From: Eledone cirrhosa | Taxonomy: Eukaryota | DNA length: 64,000 nucleotides | Direction of reading: 5' to 3' | NCBI GenBank assembly: GCA_964016885.1 | Contig: OZ024740.1 | Coordinates: forward strand, 61,008,001-61,072,000 | Shown: positions 53,801 to 64,000 of the stretch, piece after piece | Numbering within the stretch: position 1 is the stretch's first letter | How the letters are laid out: every line of letters starts with the position of its first letter | The notes under the pieces: generated by a model | What the model was told of the DNA's origin: nothing | The model's database searches: none | The model's input: only the letters and a program-made list of their open reading frames with translations | Translations under genes and position numbers: made by a program

Positions 53801-54169
53801 ACTATATCAGACCTGTATTACCTCCATATAATAACATGAAAATATCTTTCATAATACCAAATCATGACATCAGGCTTGTACTAGCTCCATGAGAAACAAC
53901 TTGAAAACAACCTTCAATGATGACAAAAACAATAACAACATATCAAGGAAACAGCATTGTGCCTTTCCCTCTCAAGTTAACAATAACACAATTAAAATCA
54001 CCAAAGTAATTACAAATTTTAGGCATCAATCTCCAGATGATCTCAATGCAACTCCAAAACAGTACAAAAATTATAATTCCTCTTTAGAGCAAAAAGGAAA
54101 CAAAAACAATACTTCAGCCCTAATAAGTTGTTGACTAAACTTAAGAATACTTATATATATATATATCAT

Positions 54170-54780
54170 CATTATTTTTAAATTTGCTTTTCCATGCTTG
54201 CATGGGTTGGATGGGTCCTTTTCAGTATCTCTCCACTTGCTGAGATCCTTTGTCATCTCCTCTGTGAGTCTCAGTGATTTGAGGTCAGCTCTCATCACCT
54301 CTGCCCAGGTCTTTCTTGGTGTACCTCTACAGTGGCTTTCTTCCACTGGCACTTCTTTACCCAATGATCATTGTCCATGTGCATCACATGTCCATACCAA
54401 CAGTCTTCTCTCCTGCACACCACATCAGATTCCTCTTAAATCCAGCTTCTCTCCCAACTCGTGCAAGCTCTGCCTCTCTTTCACACTTACATTGCACATC
54501 CAACGGAGCATAGTTGTTTCATTTCTCTTCAATCTATGCATGTCCTCTGCAGTCACAGCCCATGTTTCACTACCATGCAGCATTGCACTTCACACACAGG
54601 CATCATACAGTCATCCTTTTGTTCATAGGGAGAAACCTTTTGTGGTCAACAGTGGGAGTAGCTCTCTGAACTTTTTCCATCCTATTCTTATTCTAGTTAT
54701 TATGCTCTCAGAGTAGTCTTCTCAATTGCTAATTACGTTGCCTAGATATCAAAAGCTATCAACCCTTTCTATGAGTCCTT
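54170..54780 (-). mobile_element. RTE-clade LINE 3' fragment, degraded
   Basis: Minus-strand homology to the 38690 and 49398 elements (MLHGSETWA, MLRWMC, RKTWAEV). Confidence 0.8.
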
Positions 54781-54784
54781 GCAA

Positions 54785-56030
54785 AAAATCATCAGAAGGA
54801 AACTGATTACTTTTCTAGAGGAAAATGGTCTTCTGAAACCCAGCATGGCTTTCACCTGGGTAGAAGTTGCCTTATGCAGCTCTTGCAGCATTATGACTAG
54901 ATACTCAAACAGCTGCTAGACTGTTCAAATGGAAGGCCTTCGACAAGGTTGATATTGATGTGTCACAATCTATGTAGCTTTGGCATAGCTGGAAAACTAG
55001 ACATCATGACCTCTTAAGAGACAGAAGCCAGGCTATTGCAGCCAATGGGGTCCTCTCAAAGGAAACATTAATAACAAGCAGTGTGCCGTGGAGAACCATT
55101 TTGGGACCACTACTGTTTGCGGTGGCTCTCTCAGACATGCCCTCTGTAATATGGACAGCTTCCCTCATAAGCTATGTTGATGCCATGATAGTAGCACAGG
55201 CAATCTAGAAACAAGCTGATGCTACTCTCTTACAAAAATTAGATGCCATATATGAATAGGCTGAAGGCAATATGCAATTTAATGCGGGTAAGTTTCAAGC
55301 ACTCTGTTATCAACCCACAGATATAGGACCGCCACAACAAAGGCACACTGGACCAGGAGGAATCAAAATCCCCAAGTCAAAATCAATATGGGATCTGGGT
55401 ATTGACATGAGCAATGATGCATCATTTCATGCACGCATCACCAATATGGCAGCAATGAGCAGACAACTAGTAGGTTGGATTCTGAGGACTTTCAGGACAA
55501 GAGACCCAGAAAGCATGTTGGTCCTCTGGAGGACTTTCGTCCTTAGCTGACTAGATTATTGCTCTCAGCTATTGTTGCCCCACAATGTCAAACTAACCAC
55601 AGAACTTGAAGCAAACTAATGACGCTAAACCAAGAGGATAACCTCAATGAGAGAGATGAGCTACTGGGAGAGGCTGAAAGAACTAAAGCTTTACTTCCTG
55701 GAGCAAAGACAGGAGAGATAAGCAGTGATATATGTATGGAATATCCTGGAAGAGGTAGTACCAAAGTTTGGCACTGAAGGCAGGACCAGCCCCAAAACAG
55801 GATGCCACTGTGTAGTGCCAAAGGTCCCATCCATCGAAATACTGCCATAATCTTGGACCCCAACTTTTTAATAAGTTGCCAAAAATCAGAGCTCTACATA
55901 GTGTGCATATAACTATTTTAAAGAATCATCTTAATATTCTGCTAACCAAGATCCTAGATGAACCCACACCATGAGGCGAAGCACAAATAAGGGTGGCAGC
56001 AACAAATGCCTTTTGGCATCAATGGTCAAC
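54785..56030 (+). mobile_element. Degraded CR1/Jockey-group LINE RT region
   Basis: Remnants QHGF..GRSCLMQLLQHYD, KAFDKV, TILGPLL, MQFNAGKFQ, GWILRTFRTRD; many stops. Confidence 0.75.
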
Positions 56031-56599
56031 TAAGGAAAGCTGTAGAAAGTGTACCATCGATAGCGGTGCCCCAGCATGGCCACAGCCTGTCGGCTGGAAC
56101 ACATAATAGAGTAATATATATATATATATATATAGGAAAATGTTAAACATTTTCCTATTACCCACTCTACTACCCTAAGTATTGAGTACTCTGGTGCGTT
56201 ATGGTTCATCTGGTTCCTTACCACACCTCCTTCATTATGTATATATATATATATCGGTAGGTATTTTTTAATATCGATATTGTTGGGCAACCACTGATGA
56301 TTTATAAGTGCCCCCCTGCATATATTCCTATAGACTATGTGTAGGCTTCTACATAACCTGGACATTATTTTCCCAACTTGTGGAAAACTTATAATGAAAC
56401 GATCGTTTGGAAAGAGGGATGTATTTAATTATGTCTCATATAAAATAATACAACTGGCTACCCGCAAAATACGTATAGTTAGCACCCCAAATGTATAATT
56501 GGGATTATACTAAGGTATATCCTAATGTTTGTTGAGTGAGACGGAAGTTGGTCGGAGTATTGCTTAAAGCTTTCTCTGTTAGTGTATTAAATATATATA

Positions 56600-57152
56600 T
56601 CATCATCATCGTTTAACGTCCATCTTCCACGCTTGCATGGGTTTGGACGGGAGTTTTCCCACTTGAGGCAAGAGTGGTTGTTTTGCTCGCATAGGACTGT
56701 CTGGCAGGTTTTCTACGGCTGGATGCCCTTCCTAACACCAACCCCGTTTACAGTGTGGACTGGGAGGTTTTTACCGTGTTACCTACACGGCCACATTACA
56801 GCATAGACTGTGTTTTTTTGTTGTGACACCTACACGACCTCATTTGTTTCGGACTGGATGTTGCGGTACCAACATAACTTTACATTGAAAGGGGTGGTGT
56901 GGATGGGGTGGGGGTAGTGGGACGGGGTGTATTTTTGTTAGAGGTACCTACTGACTGTAGTAGGTTTCATTTTGTACTTAGGTAAGGCGGGTCTTCTGTA
57001 TTACTGTGTAGCGCCAAAGATCTCGGTCCAGTGACATTGTCTTGGAGAGGTGTAAGTGTGTGAGGTCGGAATTTATCAAGTCGTCCCAGGTTTTTCTGGG
57101 TCTGCCTACTCCGTGGCTACCGTCTATTTTTATTGCCCTGCACTTTTTTATA
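56600..57152 (-). mobile_element. RTE LINE 3' end, close inverted relative of ~50120-50600
   Basis: CIKKCRAIKIDGSHGVGRPRKTWDDLI plus the same 3'UTR. Confidence 0.85.
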
Positions 57153-57327
57153 CAGATATATATATATATATATACATACTCATACATATAGTTTCAGTTT
57201 ACCATATTTCACTCACAACATATTTGTTCAGAAAATACAACACAAAATTTGAAATATTGACAAGTTTCTTTATTTAAAAAAAAATTCAATCTAACTTGAA
57301 ATTTCAGTGCAATCTAAGAGATTAGAA

Positions 57328-57697
57328 AGACTAAGAGACTAAGTTTAGATACAGCAGCTAATTTATTGATATTTAATGTGATCTGTTATAGACTAAGAGA
57401 CTAAGTTTAGATACAGCAACTAATTTATTGATATTTAATGTGATCTGTTATAGACTAAGAGACTAAGTTTAGATACAGCAACTAATCTATTCATGTTTAA
57501 TGTGATCTGTTATAGACTAAGAGACTAAGTTTAGATACAGCAACTAATTTATTGATGTTTAATGTGATCTGTTATAGACTAAGAGACTAAGTTTAGATAC
57601 AGCAACTAATTTATTGATGTTTAATGTGATCTGTTATAGACTAAGAGACTAAGTTTAGATACACCAACTAATTTATTGATGTTTAATGTGATCTGTT
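57328..57697. repeat. 62-bp minisatellite, 6 copies
   Basis: AGACTAAGAGACTAAGTTTAGATACAGCAACTAATTTATTGATGTTTAATGTGATCTGTTAT at 57328, 57390, 57452, 57514, 57576 and 57638. Confidence 0.95.
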
Positions 57698-58057
57698 CAG
57701 TGACAGTGGAATAGAATATTGAAATGTAATAAATACAATAAATAATTACATAAATAAATAAACCCTGGTATAAAACTGTTACCAGACTTGAGGTAGTTTT
57801 GCAGTTAAAGAGGATCCAGCAGTTTATAGTTAAAACATTTTTAATAGATTTTTTCTTATATATATTCCATATACAAACTGTTTATAAGTGTTTTCTATCA
57901 TCATCATCATCATCATAGTTTAACATCTATTTTCCACACTAGCATGGGTTAGATGGGTTGTCCTGTTTTAAGCAAGTCGGGTCAGGTGACAGTGTTTGCT
58001 CATACAGAACTGTTTCTGGCTTAGTTTCTACAGCTGGATGTCCTTCCTAACATCAAC

Positions 58058-58285
58058 CACATTTACAGTGTGGACTGGGTGCTTTTTGTCATGACACCTA
58101 CACAACCACATTACAGTGTGGGCTGGGTGATTTTTATTGTGACACCTACACGACTACATTACAGTGTGGGCTGGGTGCTTTTTATCATGACACCTACATG
58201 ACCACGTTACAGTGTGGGCTGGGTGCTTTTTGTCGTGGCATCTACACGACCACTTTACAGTGTGGGCTGGATGTGTTTTGTCATG
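58058..58285. repeat. 48-bp tandem repeat, about 4.7 copies, inside an RTE-type tail
   Basis: TTACAGTGTGGGCTGGGTGCTTTTTGTCATGACACCTACACGACCAC units with period 48. Confidence 0.85.
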
Positions 58286-58833
58286 ATTATCAAAAAACAA
58301 CATTGCTGTGATAGTTTCCTTCATGCCAACAAACTACTACAATTATTATTTAGACAGTTTTCAGGGCAGTGATTTCAGTTTTCTAGACAAAAAAATTAAT
58401 CTATATTTGAATCAGAGATGGCAATTTCTGATTTCATTCTTTTCCCTTTCAGTTTCTTTGGTTTGAAATTTTATTAAATTGAAATGAAGGTAGTAAAACT
58501 TTTTTTTTATAAATAGATTCATCTTTTTAAAAATAGCAATTTCAGTTTATAGTTCAATATCAGTATTTAAAAAAAAAAGCATTTTCATATCTCCCTACTA
58601 TTTTCCAAGAAGGTATTGAGAAAAACAAAACAAAAAAAAACCCGCACATTTGTATCTCCACTTTATAGAAATTCAGGACATTTATATTTTAGCTCTATTC
58701 ACTGTGCCATTATGAATATGAAGAATGTATATATATGTTAAGTATTTCTGTGGAAAAGGTAAAGGAAAGAAGAGTGCTCTATGTATAGTACAGAGCTATT
58801 TAATTATATAATAAACAATACAATATAATTATT

Positions 58834-58898
58834 CCATTACCCAAGGTTTCACGAAGTCAGACGATTCTAACAGGCGTCTGAAGCTGTTCATCAGATGC
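58834..58898 (-). ncRNA. Type I hammerhead ribozyme motif within a ~165-bp fold-back (58806-58970)
   Basis: Minus strand reads CAT-CTGATGA-AC..TCAGACG-loop-CGTCTGA..GT-GAAAC-CTTGG-GTA-ATG: canonical core, GUA triplet, 3-bp stem III. Confidence 0.7.
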
Positions 58899-59652
58899 CT
58901 CTGTTAGAATCATCTGATTTTGTGAAACCTTGGGTAATGGAATAATTATATTGTGTTGTTTATTACATAATGAATGTATATATATATTAATGATCCTATG
59001 CCATCACTTTTGATGGTGATTTATACATATATTAACCCTTTAGCATTCCTATTACTCTATATATACTATTGTATTTTCATGGTAAAGGCTTTATCTCACA
59101 TAACATTGAATCTATGAGATTTTGAAAGTATTTATTTTAAGAACAATACCTTAACATCAGTTTGAGCAACCAGTTACAGCCAGTTTCAACAGAAAGAGGT
59201 AGGGAATTCTGGCCGGTTTGAACATTAAAGGGTTAAAGGTTATTCGTATGGATGATGAATGCTAAGTAATGGGAGCATTGTCCACAGAATCCTTCTAAAT
59301 ATACATCTTTAAAACATTTAAGACTAATATTGTATTACATGCGTCAGTATATTGCATATATTTGCTGTAAATATATGAAACAGTTCAAAAGAAATATGAC
59401 TATTTTCTGTGTTCAAATTTTGAATAAATAATTTGCTACGATTTCCCTACACATCTCTCAATATCTATCTTTTGATATGTGTTTTTTTTTCTCTATCCCT
59501 TTATTTTCTCTTGTATTCTATGATATTATGCATTACAACATGCAGAGTATTTATAACATAAAACCTCTTCTATATATATATTTTCTCTCTCCCTCTCACC
59601 TCAACAGCAGAGCATCTATGAGGAACACAGAGAGAGGTTTTGTTAGTAAAGT

Positions 59653-59709
<57 letters not shown>

Positions 59710-62700
59710 AAAGGGAGATAGCTTGCATAAATTTTATAAAAGATTATTCTTACTCTCAGAATATATATATATATACATAAATATACATACACAATGCATA
59801 TTATTATATTGGATAGGTAAATAACTATGAGTATGAATATAATGATCTAGTTATCAATACACACACACATAGAAGGATGTGAGTAAGCATGGAAAAACGG
59901 ATGCAAAAACGATTTTGATGATGATGAAGAAATCCCAGTAGAAAGAAGTCACAGAAGAGGTAGACCACATAAAACATGGGCGCAGGTGGTGAGAACAGAC
60001 CTCAGATCGCTGAAACTCACTGAGGAGATGACGAAGGACCGTGATAAGTAGAGAGATGCTGTGTTGAATAGGACCCGTCCAACCCTTGCAAGCAGGGAAA
60101 AGCGGACGTAAAATGATGCTGATGCTGATGCTGATGATGATATATATATATATATATTGTTTTTCATTTTCATTCTTGGAATATATAAAGGTGATTGTCA
60201 AAATATAAAATATACTTTGTCATAAACAAGCTCTTAAGATTCTTGCCTATGTATTAAGCAATGTGATGTCATGTGAGTTCAAACTTTCCAACAAGTTTTA
60301 ACTTACAGAGTTCTATTGAGAGGAGGACAAGTAAGTGTAGTACAAATTAATTGGGAAATGCAAATTGTATTTTATTTCCAACAATCAAATGATTCTTGAA
60401 ATTCAAGGCAAATATATAATTTGAAAAATAACGCTTTAGATGTCATGACAAACAAGGATCTTAAAGTCATGTAAAGTGACTGGTAATTGGAAAGTTTAGT
60501 ATGTCTGTGACTAGATATATAATGGTGTTGGATTTCAACTGAAATACGGCAGTGGAATAATCATGGAACTGTAGGAAAAATAGAGAATTCCCCATCATGA
60601 ATTTGGCACATGCATAAAAATATGAAAGGAAAGAAAAGGCCATCCTCTGCTAATGACTAAAATGAGACAGTCACAGAATACAAGTGCGGATGGACATAGC
60701 TGACTTCAGTTTTAGAGGCTCTCACTATAGATGTCTAAAGTCTAAAGTCTGTCTTGAACCTGGAGACTCATCAGGCTAGTGTTTATCCCAGTTTATGTGG
60801 CGTTAAGTGTCTGAGAGTACAAGACTCTCACCTTTATTGGATGCCAGTCTATTACAGGTACTCATTTTCAGCTGAATATACTGGAGCAACATGAAATGAA
60901 GTATTCTTCTCAAAAACACATAGCACAACCAAGTCCAGGGATCAAACCTACAACATTATGACTGTAAGTCCAATAACCTTACCACTAGATGTCAGAATGA
61001 TGAAAAAAATATTAAGAAGATGGAGGAAATAGCATGCTTTGCTGTAGATATAAATACCTGGATATTTTCAGGCAGCTTCAATGCTACTAGCCCTTACTGG
61101 TGACCTATGAGCAAACCTAACCCCTCATTTTGTTTTTCAGTATTTATAGGACTACAAAGTGCCATCCAATTTGTTCTAAAAAAACAGTTGGACGTGATTT
61201 GAGGGAGTTTTGGTTTCTATTTCTAAAATGGCAAAACAATTATATAGATGTTCTCCTTGGTGAGTGTATTGATAGCTACCAAAATCATTGTAATCTTCAT
61301 TTACAGCTAAATAAATGGGTTATCACACAGGGAAAGGATGAAAGAATGCAACAAGTGGAGAGATGCCATGCTGAGAAGGATCCATCCAACCCATGAAAGC
61401 ACGGAAAAGTGGACGTAAAAATGATGATGATGATGAATATATATATATTGTTTTTTATTTTCATAATTTTACTTTATTATCAAGAAATGTTATTGATGTG
61501 AAACATGTACCTTATTTCTTGACATACTGTGACCTTAAAGATGCACCCCAATTTTGACTTGAAATTTTTGTAAATAACATAAACAAAAAAAAAAAAGTCT
61601 CAGCATTTTCATGCACTTGACCAAGATTTTATTGTTAGTGGGATATTCTTTTACTTTTACCAGACACTGTTTTTTTAACAAACTGCAATCATATTTACTT
61701 GTAAATGCCCCCTTAAAATCAGGGTTGTTTGGGGAGAATGAAAATAGTACTAAAATTTATATACTACATGTAAATTCCTACTAGTGAGTTGGCTCAAATG
61801 CCAAAAAGGGGGCGGATTTTTGTGGTTAAGTTTATGTTTATAATTTTTATTATTATTTACTATCTTAAGCAAGTATAATTTATACACTTCATTCAGTGAT
61901 CATATACAGGAGTTCAAATTACGGTCAAGCATAAATAACTCTTCCTGGGTTAAAATTGGCTTATGATTAATTACCCTTGATTCTATAAAATGCATGTTAA
62001 ATTTTCAAGACTTATTTTGAGATAAAAAATAACATGTGCAATGTTGTGAAATAGTGTACCAATTAACTCTGGTAGTGTTACGAGGTAGCCATAATCAACA
62101 ATACGGTGAAATCTTAAAGCTACACATTACTGACTATATTATATGTTAGTCATATTAGCTGCTAACAGTGAGTATCATTTCATAGAACCTGACTCATACT
62201 TTACAACTAACATTGAAGCCTTAAGGGAAATGTTAAGCTTGACTCATTTTATTAAGAAAATACACTCATAGCATTCCTACTTTAGCCAGCAAATTAGAAT
62301 CTAGTTAGCTATAATAGATTTAATAACTAATATAGAAAATGTCACTGTATTAGCGCTTCAACAAACAAAGGTCAACAAGATGTGTCAAGGAGTGCTTGAA
62401 GTTTTATGAAAAATTTAGTATCTCTGATTTCGCTGAATATATATAGTGTCAGTTGAACTAACGAAATGTTGAGAGAAACTTTTCTCTTTATAAGTGACAA
62501 GTCAATGAGTATTTTACCAGGGATCATTTAGTGATTCTTTTTTGACTTTTTGTTTTCTAAAAAATAAAAAAAACACTACGTTAGTGTATGGAAATAAGAA
62601 TATAAGAACTAAACATTTGTGTCATATGTTTTCTATTTACATGATGGAATTTGTTCCTTAGCCCCATGTCAGCCATAATCTAGCAGACCTATGACCACAA

Positions 62701-63147
62701 GTGTTATAGTGATGATCATCCCATCAATAAATTAGACATAAGACTACATTATCCAGTGTGTCCTACTTTTTTAAAACAACAGTAGAGTGAAGGTTGATTT
62801 GAAGGAGATTTGGTTTCTATTTCTAACAGGCCAAATGACCATGGTAAGGCTATCTCATTGGCCCAAATTAGTTGGATTTGTATTGAAAATTAGTTATCTC
62901 TAATAGCATACAAATGATATAATTATATGTCTATATATATTTCTTCAGTGTACTGTGTTTTGCTTTGTTCCTTCCATTTACGTTTTGCATGATTTCTTGG
63001 CTGCATGTTCTTCCTAACAACATCCACTCTACAAAGTATGCTGGCTACGTTTTCATGACAGCAGTATTATCACATTACAGAGTGGACTAGGTGCATTGTA
63101 TAATAGTGTGCTTATATATATATAAATAAATGATGATGATGATGATG

Positions 63148-63180
<33 letters not shown>

Positions 63181-63344
63181 TCATTATCTAACATTGGTTT
63201 TCCTTGCTAGCAAGGGTTGGATAGGTTGTCATAAATAACATCAATAGTCAAGTGGAGCTATTGACCTCTCCGATGAGCTGAGGACACTCATCTCATATAT
63301 GTCCAGGCACTCTATGTATATATGTGTGTGTGCATGTGTGTTGG

Positions 63345-63705
63345 GAGAAAGATAAACTGCAAAGAAAGCATGGGAGGAAGATAGGCTGCCCCAAGGGGAC
63401 CCAACAGAGGGACCAGTCATACAACTCAGCAGCAGCATAGTAAGGCAATTAAGGATATGAAGACAGGCAAAGCAGCTGAACTATCAGGGATTGTTGCAGA
63501 GATTCTGAAAGCATCTGGAATGGTGGGTCAGACTTTAACCACCCATATTGTAAACCAAGTAATACAGAATGGTGTCATACCCAATGACTGGCATAGTAGC
63601 ATCATCGTCAACTGCTACAAGGGTAAAAGAGATGCACTAGACAGAGGAAACTATTGAGGTATCAAGTTGATAGACCAGGTCATGAGAGTCACAGAAAATA
63701 CATAG
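63345..63705 (+). mobile_element. RTE-clade LINE internal RT fragment
   Basis: MKTGKAA..SGIVAEILKA...IPNDWHSSIIVNCYKGKRDALDRGNY*GIKL. Confidence 0.85.
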
Positions 63706-64000
63706 CTGTTTAAGGTTAAACATATTCAACTTTAAAGTTAAACACTGACTAAACAATATTAAATATTTGTATGACACTCCTTATTGTAAAAACAGTAGTA
63801 CTATCATGGGCATTTGCATCAGCTTTTTCAAGACTGCATGTGAACTATAAGCCCCCCCCCCCCTCCCCGTCCCTAATACACACATACTTTCAAGCTACAA
63901 GCATCTATCATCAGATTGACTAAGTCTTTGGGTCTGACTGAACATTTAAAATGGAAACACATCAACATATACTTTGGTTGCTTGAGTTTAAGAAAAACTT

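Noticed and set aside
50930-53960. Possible minus-strand exons (GT donors near 50940 and 53820)
   Set aside because: No coherent reading frame or recognisable protein; cannot be supported without RNA data.
57328-58285. Regular arrays resembling CRISPR
   Set aside because: Units are contiguous tandem copies without unique spacers; the context is eukaryotic with no cas genes.

Overview
AT-rich, repeat-dense eukaryotic DNA, most consistent with a cephalopod (octopus-like) genome. This is inferred from (TA)n/(CAT)n microsatellites, CORE- and Meta-type SINEs, RTE LINEs and an effector-less C2H2 gene. Two host genes are supported: a 3-exon ETF-beta lysine methyltransferase (ETFBKMT/METTL20, minus strand, 17276-10390, 251 aa) and an 8-finger C2H2 zinc-finger gene (41932-42642). 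The rest is mostly transposable elements: a full-length but disrupted Tx1/L1 LINE with a 21-bp target-site duplication (TSD), a truncated CsRN1-clade Gypsy element, a young non-coding LTR element with iterated PBS-like motifs, Helitron ends, piggyBac-like MITEs, and RTE, CR1, CRE and Tc1 relics. The most notable signals are several type I hammerhead ribozyme motifs, the three best preserved each paired with an inverted (antisense) copy of itself. One lies in the sense strand of ETFBKMT intron 1 and one in a ~1.07-kb palindrome. All calls were made by eye; no database search was run.
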